Origin: Dehalococcoidia bacterium
Lineage (GTDB): Bacteria; Chloroflexota; Dehalococcoidia; UBA6926
Reading direction: 5' to 3'
DNA length: 64,000 bases
Assembly (NCBI GenBank): GCA_965219405.1
Contig: OZ244736.1
Span: 143,730 to 207,729 of the forward strand
How positions within the stretch are numbered: the stretch's first letter is position 1; each line of letters starts with the position of its first letter. The position numbers and the translations under genes were made by a program. Below, in pieces: positions 46,225-56,554 of the stretch. The notes beneath the pieces were generated by a model that worked only from the letters and a program-made list of their open reading frames with translations, did no database searches and was not told where the DNA came from.

Positions 46225-47169
46225 ATGATTGAGGCACGTGGCCTAACAAAGTTCTACGGCGACTTTCCGGCAATTGAGGACGTTTCCTTTGCCGCCGAGC
46301 CGGGCGAGGTGATTGGATTCCTCGGCCCGAACGGCGCAGGGAAGACGACCACTATGCGCATCATCACGGGATTCACGCCGCCCACGGCCGGCACGGCCGT
46401 CGTGGCGGGCCATGATGTGCAGGAGGAGCCGCTCGCGGCGCGCGCATCCATCGGCTACCTGCCTGAAACCGTGCCGCTCTATACGGACATGACCGTGCGG
46501 GAGTACCTGCACTACATGGGGGAACTGCGCGGCATGAGCAAGTCCCGCATCCGTGCCCGCGTGGAAGATGTCTTCGGACTCTGCCGCCTTGAGGAATACA
46601 CGGACTCCCTGGTCAGCAAGCTCTCCAAGGGGTATCGCCAGCGCGTCGGCATCGCGCAGGCCATCCTGCATGAGCCCCCCGTGCTCGTGCTAGACGAACC
46701 GACCATTGGCATCGATCCGCGACAAGTCGTTGAGACCCGGCAGATCATCCGGGGACTTGGCGGCGATCACACCGTCATCCTCTCCACCCACATCCTGCCG
46801 GAGGTCAGCATGGTCTGCGACCGTGTGCTGATCATCCACGAAGGACGAATCGTGGTTATGGACACGGCAGAGCGGTTGTCCACCCGATTAGGGGGTGTTT
46901 CCCGCGTCGTGATGGATGTGCGCGGCCCGCGTGACCAGATCCAGCAAGCTCTTTCCGGAGTGGATGGAGTCACAGAAGTACAGCTTTCCGACGCCGGCGG
47001 TCGCCAACAGTTCGTCGTGGAGTGCGCGCCGAGCCGCGACATACGTGTCGAGCTTGCTCGCGCCGTAGCGGAACGCGGGTGGGGCCTCGTGGAGCTCCGC
47101 GCGATGGGACTTTCACTCGAGGAGATTTTCCTGCGGCTTACCACCGAGGACGAGGAGACAGCCGCGTGA
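46225..47169 (+). CDS. ABC-2 type ATP-binding protein (GldA-like)
   Basis: GPNGAGKTT, GYLPE.PLY, LSKGYRQRVGIAQA, LDEPT, STHILPEV. Confidence 0.92.
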   Translation: MIEARGLTKFYGDFPAIEDVSFAAEPGEVIGFLGPNGAGKTTTMRIITGFTPPTAGTAVVAGHDVQEEPLAARASIGYLPETVPLYTDMTVREYLHYMGELRGMSKSRIRARVEDVFGLCRLEEYTDSLVSKLSKGYRQRVGIAQAILHEPPVLVLDEPTIGIDPRQVVETRQIIRGLGGDHTVILSTHILPEVSMVCDRVLIIHEGRIVVMDTAERLSTRLGGVSRVVMDVRGPRDQIQQALSGVDGVTEVQLSDAGGRQQFVVECAPSRDIRVELARAVAERGWGLVELRAMGLSLEEIFLRLTTEDEETAA

Positions 47170-47909
47170 ACGTGCGAACGATCCGCACTATCTGGCTGCG
47201 TGAGCTGCGCTCCTACGCGAACTCGCCCAATGCCTGGGTGATTGCCGCCATCTTTCTTGGCCTGACCGGCCTCGCATTCGCTCTGAGCGTGACGGGGCGG
47301 TACCCGGAGGCGACGATCCGCGGATTCCTCTTTGGTCCCATTGGCCCGATGGGCGCGTTCTTCCTGACGATTCTCATCGCCCCCGCGCTCACGATGCGGC
47401 TCCTAGCAGAGGAACAGAAGTTGGGCACGATAGAGCTGTTGTTGACTGCGCCGGTCAGGGACATCGAGATTGTTTTGGGGAAGTATCTCGCAGCTCTGAC
47501 AATCCTGACGGGCATGTACAGCCTCACTATCTACTTCCCGTTGCAGCTTTTCTTCTTCGGGAGTCCGGATGTCATCCCCCTTCTCACGGGATACGTAGTC
47601 CTCTTCCTCGTGGGCGCCGTGGCTGTTGCCGTGGGGATGTTGGGCTCCGCGCTCACAGCCAATCAAATCGTCTCCGCAATCTTCTCGCTCGCAATCCTGC
47701 TGGTGCTCTGGCTATTCAGTGCAACGGCCGCGTTGGGCGATCCCGATCACGCATGGACGGATATCGTGACGTTTCTTGCGATGAGTGAGCACATCCGTGA
47801 CATGGCATTCGGCGTGCTCGACACGAGGGATATCATCTATTTCCTCTCTCTGATTGTGTTTTTCCTCTTCTTGACCGTGCGGGCCGTAGAGACCCGCCGC
47901 TGGCGGTAG
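47166..47909 (+). CDS. ABC-2 permease (GldF-like)
   Basis: RELRSY, PALTMRLLAEEQKLGTIELLLTAP, IVLGKY, NQIVS, RRWR; GTGA overlap. Confidence 0.9.
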   Translation: MNVRTIRTIWLRELRSYANSPNAWVIAAIFLGLTGLAFALSVTGRYPEATIRGFLFGPIGPMGAFFLTILIAPALTMRLLAEEQKLGTIELLLTAPVRDIEIVLGKYLAALTILTGMYSLTIYFPLQLFFFGSPDVIPLLTGYVVLFLVGAVAVAVGMLGSALTANQIVSAIFSLAILLVLWLFSATAALGDPDHAWTDIVTFLAMSEHIRDMAFGVLDTRDIIYFLSLIVFFLFLTVRAVETRRWR

Positions 47910-47916
47910 CCCCTCA

Positions 47917-49512
47917 ATGCGTGAGCGTTTATCCCTGCGTGGGGATCGTGTATCCGAGGACATCGGCATAGCGCTGCTCGTCGTCGGCGCGGTTGCCGTC
48001 ATCACCGGCGCGCTCCTGTACGCCATCGTCGCTGAACTCAGAGCGTGGGCGCTTGTCCTTGTGGGTATCGGCGTGGTTGCGCTTCTGATCGGAGCGTTCC
48101 TCAGTCGCGAGCAGGTCGTCCGCATCATGTCGACGCGGCAGGGGCGGTATGGCGTCAACACGCTCGTGATGATTATCGCTTTCACCGTGATCCTGGCGCT
48201 TGTGAACATCGTCAGCGCCGCCGCGAGCGCCCGTGTCGATTTGACGGCTAACCGCGGATTCACGCTCGCAACCCAGACGCAGGAGGTGCTGAGAACTCTT
48301 GACCAGCCGGTGGAGGCTTTCGGTTTCTTCACCCCGGGAGACGAGGCTGCTGCGACAACGGAACAACTGCTCCGCGAATACGATCTGCTAAGCAGCAATT
48401 TCACGTATGAGATCGTCGATCCTGAGACAGATCCGGCCAAGGCCAGCAGGTTCAACATCGATCAGAACGGTGTGGTCGTCTTTGCCTCGCGTGACCGTGT
48501 GGCACAGACGCGCCAGATTTCCGAGCAGGATTTCACATCGAATCTCCTGCTTGCGACGGGCACACAGCTCCGAACCGTCTGCTTCCTGACGGGACACGGC
48601 GAGCACAGCATCCTGAGCACGACCAACATTGGCATGAGTCGCGCCAAGGAGGCAATGGAACGCGAACTATACGTCGTGCGGGATTTTGGTTTTGCGTCCG
48701 CCGGGCAGGTGCCGGAGGAGTGCTCCGCCGTCGTCGTCGCGGGCCCGGATCGTGATCTTGTTGTTGAAGAGGGGCGTATCGATCGAGACCTGCTGGGGAA
48801 CTACCTGGGACGCGGCGGTAACGTCCTCTTTCTCATCTCTGAAAATACGCCGGATTCCTGGCTGGAGTTGCTTTTCTTCGCAGGCATTGCGGCCGGCGGC
48901 GGCGTAATAGTCGACCCCGCCAGTTATGCGCAGCCCGACATCACCACGCCGACGATCCGCCCCGATGCCTACCTGCCCAATCATCCAATAACCGCCCCGA
49001 TGATCGATCGCTCTCTTGTGACGTTCTTCCCTCTGGTCACTCGTGTGGCGCCGCTGCCTGAAGAAGCCATGCAAGGCTCCCCCTTGACCATCTATCCCCT
49101 GGCATTTACGACGGACCGCAGTTGGCTTGAGCGTGACGAGAGCAGCCTGGTGGAACCGCGATTCGACGCGGATCAGGACACCCGCGGCCCCCTCTCGATT
49201 GCGTCGGCCGTCGAATTCCCGTCCGACCCCCGCTTCCCGGAGGATACGGCCGGACGCATCGTCGCCATCGGAAACTCCGCATTCGCGACAAATCAATTCA
49301 TCAACTCCGTCGGTAACCTGGACTTGATGATGAATTCCGTCAACTGGCTCACGGAACAGGAAGGACTTATCGGGGTGCGGGCACGGCTGAACGTGCCGCG
49401 GATCCTGACGCTCACACAACGGCAGGCGAACTGGATTCTCTACTCATCCGTCGGCGTCTTTCCGGCCTTCATGATCCTGATCGCGGGGTGGACGTGGTGG
49501 CGGCGGCGCTGA
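47917..49512 (+). CDS. GldG-like ABC auxiliary component
   Basis: DLT.N..FTL, DPETDP, FLTGHGE, VVAGP..D, GRIVAIG.S, N.DL.MNSVNWL, C-terminal TM plus WWRRR. Confidence 0.9.
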   Translation: MRERLSLRGDRVSEDIGIALLVVGAVAVITGALLYAIVAELRAWALVLVGIGVVALLIGAFLSREQVVRIMSTRQGRYGVNTLVMIIAFTVILALVNIVSAAASARVDLTANRGFTLATQTQEVLRTLDQPVEAFGFFTPGDEAAATTEQLLREYDLLSSNFTYEIVDPETDPAKASRFNIDQNGVVVFASRDRVAQTRQISEQDFTSNLLLATGTQLRTVCFLTGHGEHSILSTTNIGMSRAKEAMERELYVVRDFGFASAGQVPEECSAVVVAGPDRDLVVEEGRIDRDLLGNYLGRGGNVLFLISENTPDSWLELLFFAGIAAGGGVIVDPASYAQPDITTPTIRPDAYLPNHPITAPMIDRSLVTFFPLVTRVAPLPEEAMQGSPLTIYPLAFTTDRSWLERDESSLVEPRFDADQDTRGPLSIASAVEFPSDPRFPEDTAGRIVAIGNSAFATNQFINSVGNLDLMMNSVNWLTEQEGLIGVRARLNVPRILTLTQRQANWILYSSVGVFPAFMILIAGWTWWRRR

Positions 49513-49555
49513 GTCACGCCTTCAAAGATTGTGCCGCCTGGGAACGGCGCGTTCC

Positions 49556-50137
49556 ATGAACTTTCGCATCACACTCGTCCTCGTGGTGGTTGCAGTCCTT
49601 ATGGGCGGCTACCTGTGGTTGGGACCGCCCCTCACTGAACCGGAGGTCGACAATAGTCCGACCTCGCAGGATTGGTTCTATCTTGTCGATGACTTCCTAA
49701 TCAATCGCCTCGACGCAACATATTTCGGCACGGAGGCCATATTCGTTCGAGACACCGAGCGAGTCTGGCACTATGGGAGCCTGGACGGCCCGCCGGTCAG
49801 TGAAGAATTTGCGGGCACGGCGTTCCTCGCCGGTGGCGCGCGCTCCCCTCGCCTCATCATGGAGAACCCCGATGAAGCGGCCCTCCAGCTCTATGGGCTC
49901 GATTCGCCGCAGATTACCTTGCGCCTCTACCTGGAGAGCGGGGAGGCGTACACAGTTTCCATCGGTGATCTCACGCCGGACCGTATCACGAACTACGCGC
50001 GCATTGACGGCATTGATCGCGTGTATCTCCTGGATCGCACATGGGGTGAGCACATGGCGCGCCTCATCACGGAGACGTCTGTCTTTGTCAGCACTCCTAC
50101 ACCGACACCTGACCCGAACGCTACGCCAGCTCCATGA
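49556..50137 (+). CDS. DUF4340-like exported protein
   Basis: N-terminal anchor; L..YGLD.P, IGD.TP, YAR...VYL; usual position after GldG-like gene. Confidence 0.75.
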   Translation: MNFRITLVLVVVAVLMGGYLWLGPPLTEPEVDNSPTSQDWFYLVDDFLINRLDATYFGTEAIFVRDTERVWHYGSLDGPPVSEEFAGTAFLAGGARSPRLIMENPDEAALQLYGLDSPQITLRLYLESGEAYTVSIGDLTPDRITNYARIDGIDRVYLLDRTWGEHMARLITETSVFVSTPTPTPDPNATPAP

Positions 50138-51129
50138 AATGGGTAGAATTCAGCGTCGTCGTCACCGGTGAAACTGCGGAAGCCGTCACCGATCTCTTTA
50201 GCCAATACAGCCATTCGGGCGGCGTCGCGATACAGGAAGTTTCGGAACCGGACGAGATTCGCATCGGCCCGCAGTCCCTTACGCAGAGCCGCCGCGTTCG
50301 CATAGCAGCCTACGCGCCGCTTCCACAGGATGGCGAGGATGGCGGGATTGTGGCAGCCCGCCAGGGGTTGCGAGACGGCCTGTCTTACCTGGACATGATC
50401 ACGTCCGTCGGTGAGCTGCATGAACGGACAATTGCCGACGAGGACTGGGAATCCGCATGGCGTGAACACTTTCACCCACATCGTGTCGGCCATCGATCCG
50501 TTGTCGTTCCGACGTGGCGCGACTATGACCCTGAGCCGGATGACATCGTGATTCGCCTCGACCCGGGCATGGCATTTGGCACCGGACTGCATCCCACCAC
50601 GCAGCTTTGCGCCCGGGAACTTGAAAAGCATGTGCAGCCGGGAGAAACGGTGTTGGACGTCGGCTGCGGCTCCGGCATCCTCTCAATTATTGCCGCGCGG
50701 CTTGGCGCAGGCCATGTGCGGGGCATCGATATTGACCCTGTTGCCGTCACAGCGGCGATGGAGAACGTCGCGCACAATACCCTATCAGACGTTATCGATA
50801 TCCGGGAAGGAACCCTGCCCCGCGCGGGACAGGATCCGTTCGAAGCCACCCAACAGGATTGGCCGGAGACAGTCAGGGAGCATGGCGGCTGGGACATTGT
50901 CGCTGCCAACCTGACTGCCGAGGTTTTGCAGGAACTGGCTGTTCCCCTTGCCGTCGCGACACGCCCGGGCGGGATACTCATCGGCTCCGGCATTATCACT
51001 GAGAAGTTTGATATGGCGGCGTACGCACTGATGGAGGCCGGCTTGAGGCTCATCGACGCTGTGTCCGACGAAAGCGGAGACTGGCGCGCAATTATACTCA
51101 TGCGACCCGCCGCGGCGGAGACCAGGTAG
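50134..51129 (+). CDS. prmA: Ribosomal protein L11 methyltransferase
   Basis: EDW..AWR, LDPGMAFGTGLHPTT, VLDVGCGSGILS, VAANL, SGII. Confidence 0.95.
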   Translation: MKWVEFSVVVTGETAEAVTDLFSQYSHSGGVAIQEVSEPDEIRIGPQSLTQSRRVRIAAYAPLPQDGEDGGIVAARQGLRDGLSYLDMITSVGELHERTIADEDWESAWREHFHPHRVGHRSVVVPTWRDYDPEPDDIVIRLDPGMAFGTGLHPTTQLCARELEKHVQPGETVLDVGCGSGILSIIAARLGAGHVRGIDIDPVAVTAAMENVAHNTLSDVIDIREGTLPRAGQDPFEATQQDWPETVREHGGWDIVAANLTAEVLQELAVPLAVATRPGGILIGSGIITEKFDMAAYALMEAGLRLIDAVSDESGDWRAIILMRPAAAETR

Positions 51130-51831
51130 ATGGCATCGATCCGGGCGGTCCTTCTAGACCTGGACGATACTCTCTGTGATTCAGAGGGACTGACTCCCAT
51201 CCGCCTGCAAGCAGTGCATAAGGCGTTGGCGGATTCCGTTGACCAAACACTGCTCTCGGAGGTCATGCATGAGGCGTTGAACTGGGACTCGGTGGGCGTG
51301 CCAGGGCGATTCCTGAATCGGATGTCGCGCATGGCGGAACGGCTTGGCCTGGACGACGAGGCGACGCAATTCATGCGGAGTGTCTACAACAAGGTTCTGA
51401 TGGACCATCTGAGCCTGTATGACGGCGTGGAGGAAACACTGTCATGGCTCGGAGCGCGGTTCAAGCTCGGGCTGATCACAAACGGGCCGACGGATCTGCA
51501 GCGTGGCAAGATCGACGTACTTGGGCTAGAGGAGCGTTTTGGCTGCATCGCCATTGGCGGAGAGGTGGGCGCGCACAAACCGGACCCAAAGATCTTTCAG
51601 CACTGCCTGGACGGGCTGGATGTTGAGGCGCCGGAGTGCATCTATGTGGGCGATCGCACGGAGGCGGATGTTGTCGGCGCGCGTAACATGGGGATAGTCG
51701 CCATCCGCATCAGAAAGTCGTACTCTTTCCCGATGGACGATGAACCGGCGCCGGACTACTTCCTGGACAGCGTGAATGAGCTGCCGGCCCTGATGATAAT
51801 GGAGGGGTGGGCCGCGCCGGACAACGGCTAA
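51130..51831 (+). CDS. HAD-superfamily hydrolase
   Basis: DLDDTL, ITNG, KPDPKIF, VGDR.EADVVGA. Confidence 0.92.
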   Translation: MASIRAVLLDLDDTLCDSEGLTPIRLQAVHKALADSVDQTLLSEVMHEALNWDSVGVPGRFLNRMSRMAERLGLDDEATQFMRSVYNKVLMDHLSLYDGVEETLSWLGARFKLGLITNGPTDLQRGKIDVLGLEERFGCIAIGGEVGAHKPDPKIFQHCLDGLDVEAPECIYVGDRTEADVVGARNMGIVAIRIRKSYSFPMDDEPAPDYFLDSVNELPALMIMEGWAAPDNG

Positions 51832-51946
51832 AGCCCCCATTCCCTTGTAGAAGGGAGTACAGTGAGGGCGTGGCCGCATCTCCCGTTCCAAGTGGGAGCG
51901 GGTAAGAGCTTGCTCCGTACGTGATACGGGGGTAAGGGGAAGCATC

Positions 51947-52342
51947 ATGAGCACACCCCGGGATAACCAGGATAGTGAAGCGGAACATCAGGGTGATGGC
52001 CTCCGCGATGAGATCGAGGAGATCCTGCGTGAGCAGGGCGAAAAGCCTGTTCTGCCACGCCCGCCGAGAGCGCGTGACGGCGGCCCAATCAACAGCATGG
52101 CCGGAATGTTCCGCAACCTGGGGGGCGAAAGTGGCGAGAGATTTCGACCTGCGACCGGCTCCTTCATGAGGGCCGCCATGTTGCTATTCCTGATGCGCCT
52201 GGCCGTCGGGTTGGCCTTCGCCTTCATCGCCGTGCGCATTCTCGGGCCTCGAGCCATCCTGCTTTTCATCGTTATCGCGATGGCCGTTCTCGCCCTCATC
52301 ATCGTCCGCTACATGATCGCTCGCAGACGTTACAGTCGATAA
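51947..52342 (+). CDS. Hypothetical membrane protein
   Basis: RBS-like GGGGA; EIEEIL N-terminal segment; two C-terminal hydrophobic helices. Confidence 0.65.
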   Translation: MSTPRDNQDSEAEHQGDGLRDEIEEILREQGEKPVLPRPPRARDGGPINSMAGMFRNLGGESGERFRPATGSFMRAAMLLFLMRLAVGLAFAFIAVRILGPRAILLFIVIAMAVLALIIVRYMIARRRYSR

Positions 52343-52408
52343 CGCACCCGTTTGATGGCACAATGAAGGCAACCTAACACGGCGGCGGAGCACGCTGCGG
52401 AGTGGAGG

Positions 52409-53416
52409 ATGCCAATGCCACGAGGACATGAGCCGGGCACACTTCTTTGGGCGGTCGGTTGGGATGTCCTGCTGGGCGATATTCCTGAAGAGGCTGATCC
52501 CGTCGGTATCGCCACCCGGGCCGCGGACGCGTTGGAGGCGCGCGCGCCTCAGAACTCATACGTTGCCCGCACCGTCTACGCCATGGGAGCGGCACTCGCC
52601 CTGCCCTACGCCGCCTGGCTCGGTTCCAAGTGGGTTCTCGGCGCGGCCGGCCTTGTCCACCGCGCCGTCTACCGCGAGGCCGCCACGGCGCTGCTCAAGG
52701 GCGCAATCTCTATACGAGGAGGCCTGAATGCTCTGCGCGACCTTGAACAGCAGGACGAGAAGGAAACTCAGAAAGAGGCCATTTCAGACGACATCGAGCG
52801 ACTGATGCGCGACGCAGGCATGAGCGAGTCCGTGACAGGAACCGTGCAAGAGGTCTCGCCGGAGGCGCTGCAACAGCAACGCTCTCACGCTTTGCGAAAA
52901 CTGGGCGACGATTTCCGTGATGGTGTCGTGGGGCCTCTTATGTACTTTGCGATTTTCGGCATCCCGGGCGCGGTGGCCTATCGGGTGGTCAAGACTCTCG
53001 CAGCGCGATGGCGCAGGCACGGCAACGACCCGCTTGCCGTTGCGGCCAAGCGTGTCGACAGCGCGGCATCCATCGCGCCATCCGTGGCGTCCGGGCTGAT
53101 TCTCTCCGCCGGCGCGCAGCTGACGTCACAGCGCGGACAGGCGGCATGGGAAACGAGCCGCTCAGAGGCCCGTGCCCGAGGCAATGTGCTTGAGGGCGGC
53201 TGGACTGAGGCGGCGATGGCGGGCGCGTTAGGCGTCAAGCTGGACGCGGAGCCGGAGGTCACGGACTGGGAGATTGCGACGAACCCCGAGGGGCGCACCA
53301 TCGAGAACGAGGACATAGAACACGCCCGCCAACTCTTCTGGATCGCCACCGCATGGGCCGTCGCCGCAACGCTGGCGGCAGTTGTGTTGAGAAGTTCAGT
53401 CAGTAGAAGGCTTTAG
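52409..53416 (+). CDS. CobD/CbiB-like membrane protein, divergent
   Basis: D.LLGD, PV, DGVVGPL.Y, GAVAYR, GW.EAAMAGALGVKL, DI..A. Confidence 0.75.
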   Translation: MPMPRGHEPGTLLWAVGWDVLLGDIPEEADPVGIATRAADALEARAPQNSYVARTVYAMGAALALPYAAWLGSKWVLGAAGLVHRAVYREAATALLKGAISIRGGLNALRDLEQQDEKETQKEAISDDIERLMRDAGMSESVTGTVQEVSPEALQQQRSHALRKLGDDFRDGVVGPLMYFAIFGIPGAVAYRVVKTLAARWRRHGNDPLAVAAKRVDSAASIAPSVASGLILSAGAQLTSQRGQAAWETSRSEARARGNVLEGGWTEAAMAGALGVKLDAEPEVTDWEIATNPEGRTIENEDIEHARQLFWIATAWAVAATLAAVVLRSSVSRRL

Positions 53417-53435
53417 CGAGGCCGATGGCACGAGG

Positions 53436-53837
53436 CTAGGGTGCCTCGGTGGTCACAACTTCGCACTGGAGGCCGGGAGCATGGGTGAGCCGCTGGTCCA
53501 ACGTGGCGAGCGGGCAGCCCAACGCCTCGGCAACGGCGATATACCATGCATCATACGCTGTCAGGTTGTGCCGTAGTTCCCATATACGGTCTGCGTATGG
53601 AGTGAAGGAGTGGAGCGAGACCCGAACACTAAACAGATCACGGTATGCAATAGTGGCTGCGTCGGCCGCTATTCGCCTGCTCAATTCCAGCCCGCGAAGA
53701 GCATTACCCGACTCAGCCAAGAGCAAAACCGGTCCAGCGAGTTCTTCCGTGTCGATGATCGATTGTGCCCATTCGCCGTCCGGTCCACTATCCGTTAGTA
53801 CCGCAACAAGGACCGACGCATCGACAACCAGCGTCAC
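53436..53837 (-). CDS. vapC: PIN-domain toxin (VapC)
   Basis: VVDASV, AES.NAL, NLTAYDAWYIAVAE, TLDQRL. Confidence 0.92.
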   Translation of the reverse strand: MTLVVDASVLVAVLTDSGPDGEWAQSIIDTEELAGPVLLLAESGNALRGLELSRRIAADAATIAYRDLFSVRVSLHSFTPYADRIWELRHNLTAYDAWYIAVAEALGCPLATLDQRLTHAPGLQCEVVTTEAP

Positions 53838-54094
53838 AGCAGGCCTTCTTTGCGTCCCTCATGTATGACGTGCAGGATGTCTTTCCGCGTGACCTTTGTG
53901 GGAGACTCGGCTAGCCGGGCACGAGCTTCCCTGATTATCTCTGCGTTGGATGAATCTGCGTCGTCAGCCATGGACGCAATCCGCTCCAACTCCGCGCGGA
54001 GAAATGCCTGCATGGATTGATGGTTTTCCGCCGCGCGCGCCGCGAGTTCATCGCGAACCTTGTCCGGCACGCCACGAATCGTTATCTGTGCCAT
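53834..54094 (-). CDS. FitA-like ribbon-helix-helix antitoxin
   Basis: MAQITIRGVPDKVRDELAARAA...SMQAFL; GTGA overlap with the PIN toxin. Confidence 0.88.
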   Translation of the reverse strand: MAQITIRGVPDKVRDELAARAAENHQSMQAFLRAELERIASMADDADSSNAEIIREARARLAESPTKVTRKDILHVIHEGRKEGLL

Positions 54095-54140
54095 GGCCTT
54101 AGTATGCGTCCCACAAAGTCCACAGGCAACGCGCCACAGC

Positions 54141-56546
54141 TTACCGCAGCACGCCTCTTTCCTCCAACTCCCCACGCCTCTCGGCACTCAGCGCTAGGAC
54201 CTCGTTCAAGACGTAGTCGTTTTGTTGGCCCTTTGTCGGGCAGGGTTGGCCCGCGTTGCCGGGTGTGTCCGACAGGTTGGTGTCGATGCCCTGATGCTCC
54301 ATCAAGCCCGCGTCGGCATGATCCGCTGGAACGATGGCCGCAGGGCGGCTCCGCAAGTGCGGATCAACGTACAGGGTCTCGCCGTTGGCCACGTAAGTGG
54401 CCGGAACGCCCGCCTGTTGTAGGATGCGCATCACGACACGCGGCGTGTACTGCCTTGTCCATTCGCTGATATTCGCGTCGAGTTCTTCCTTGTTGGCGAT
54501 GCGTGCCTGCATGGTGGCGAATCGCTCATCGCCTGCCCACCCCGGGCTGCCCATGGCCCCGACAAACACCTGCCACTGCTCCTCCGTGCGAACCTCGATG
54601 GCGCACCATTCATCGAACCCGATGCATGGGTAAACGCCATGCGGCGCATTGAACTCGCTGCGGTTGCCTGCGGGCGGCGGGTTGTGGCCGTTGATCATGT
54701 AGTCCATGTAGGCGACTGTGAGCAGGTGCGCCCCGCCCTCCACCTGTGCAAGCTCAATGTACTGACCCTCTCCGGTGCGGTCGCGGTACTCCAGCGCAGC
54801 GGCAACGGACAGCGCCCCAAAGATGCCCGCGATATAGTCCGGGAACGGCATCTTGATTCGCGTATCCATCGGCGCGTCCGGATGCCCCCATAGATTCGTG
54901 ATTCCTGAGACGCCCATAATCTGCTGGCCGTAGCAGAAATAGGTGCTCAGCGGGCCTGAGTTCCCCATTCCGGGCATTGCGAGCATGATGATGTCCGGCT
55001 TGACCTTGATCAATTCTTCATAGCCCACGTTCTGGCGATCCATGACGGTGGGACGGAAATTCTCGATGACCGCATCACTCTTCGCGGCCAACTCCCTGAT
55101 CAACTGCTGGCCCTCCGGAGTCCGCATGTCGATGGTCGCGCTGATCTTGGCGCGATTCAGATCCTGGAATGTCGTCTGACCCGGCGTGCGGTTATCGTCC
55201 AGGTCCTCGGACTCAATCTTGATGACCTCCGCTCCGAAGAAGCCGAGGAACATGGTTGCCAGCGGCCCCGCGAACGCCCGCGTGAAGTCCACGACGCGTA
55301 TGCCATCCAGCGGCTTGACTCCGCGCGGCGCAACTGCGCCGTTTGACGTGGCGCCGGCGGGCACAGGGGCAGTTTCGAGTTCCTGCAACACCTCGTCGGT
55401 GTGTTCCCCCAGCAGCGGCGCAGTCCGACTCGGCTGCCACGGCGTCTTGCTGAACTTGAGCGGTGGCCCCGCGGTCTTGTAGGAACCGATAACGGGATGC
55501 TCCATCTCGACAAAGAACTCACGCTCGCGGGCATGGGCGCTGTCGGCGAACTCGGCAGGAGTCAGGACGGGCACAATCGGCATTCCGATGGCCTGCCCGC
55601 GCTCCGAAACATCATCGCGGTCGACGGTCTCCATGTATTCCTGGACGAACTGGTCGATGACCTCGCGGTTTTCCTGCCGCACCTCCCGCTCCCACCACAT
55701 CTCGTCCGAGAGCACGGGGTGATTGCCCATGAGCTCCGTCGCCATGCGCCCAAAGTGGCGCCGCATGTAAATGGACAGATTCACATAGCCGTCGTCGCGC
55801 GTGTGATAGGTGTTGACCGCGCCAAACGCGGAATGATGCCCCTCGCGGCGGGTGATCTGGTTGATGTAGGAATAGCGTGAGATATAGCTGTGCTGTGCCC
55901 AGAGGCTCGCCTCCTGCTGTGAGACGTCCACGTGCTGGCCGTATCCGATGACGCGGCGGGCGCGGATTGCCAACACAGCCCCGTACGCCGCGTGCATGCA
56001 CGCCAGTTGCGTGACCATCTCAAACGGGGCCATGACAGGAGGACGAGTGTCATCACCATTCGCGAACATCATTCCGGCGCTGGCCTGCGCGATAAGATCG
56101 CCGCCCTCGAATGTTGCGTGCGGGCCTGTCTGCCCAAAGGGCGTGATGGACACATAGACCAGGTTCGGATTGACGCCCTTGAGGTCCTCATACCCAAGGC
56201 CGACGGACGCCATGTAGCCCGGTTTAAAATCCTCGACGAGGATGTCGGCACGGGCGGCGAGTTTCGAGATGGCCTCGCGGTCCGACTCATCGTTGATATT
56301 GAGCGTGACACCGCGCTTGGAGCGGTTAGCGTGGATGAATCTAAGGCTGCGTTCCGGGTGCTCGATATTGCCCGCGAATGGCGGCAGCATCCGTGCCGGA
56401 TCGCCGTCCGGCGGCTCCACCTTGATCACATCCGCGCCCATATCCCCCAGCGCCCGCGCGCAGTGCTGAGCCAGATATGATGTCAAATCCAAAACCCGCA
56501 GCCCCGCAAGCGGCCCGGGGTGGGTCTTTGCGATATCAGAACTCAT
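54141..56546 (-). CDS. Family III CoA-transferase (CaiB/BaiF), tandem two-domain fusion
   Basis: Two copies of PL.G.RV.D, GA.VIK.E, NR.K, E(D/N)F.P, GQ.(V/I). Confidence 0.93.
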   Translation of the reverse strand: MSSDIAKTHPGPLAGLRVLDLTSYLAQHCARALGDMGADVIKVEPPDGDPARMLPPFAGNIEHPERSLRFIHANRSKRGVTLNINDESDREAISKLAARADILVEDFKPGYMASVGLGYEDLKGVNPNLVYVSITPFGQTGPHATFEGGDLIAQASAGMMFANGDDTRPPVMAPFEMVTQLACMHAAYGAVLAIRARRVIGYGQHVDVSQQEASLWAQHSYISRYSYINQITRREGHHSAFGAVNTYHTRDDGYVNLSIYMRRHFGRMATELMGNHPVLSDEMWWEREVRQENREVIDQFVQEYMETVDRDDVSERGQAIGMPIVPVLTPAEFADSAHAREREFFVEMEHPVIGSYKTAGPPLKFSKTPWQPSRTAPLLGEHTDEVLQELETAPVPAGATSNGAVAPRGVKPLDGIRVVDFTRAFAGPLATMFLGFFGAEVIKIESEDLDDNRTPGQTTFQDLNRAKISATIDMRTPEGQQLIRELAAKSDAVIENFRPTVMDRQNVGYEELIKVKPDIIMLAMPGMGNSGPLSTYFCYGQQIMGVSGITNLWGHPDAPMDTRIKMPFPDYIAGIFGALSVAAALEYRDRTGEGQYIELAQVEGGAHLLTVAYMDYMINGHNPPPAGNRSEFNAPHGVYPCIGFDEWCAIEVRTEEQWQVFVGAMGSPGWAGDERFATMQARIANKEELDANISEWTRQYTPRVVMRILQQAGVPATYVANGETLYVDPHLRSRPAAIVPADHADAGLMEHQGIDTNLSDTPGNAGQPCPTKGQQNDYVLNEVLALSAERRGELEERGVLR

Positions 56547-56554
56547 GATTGGCC

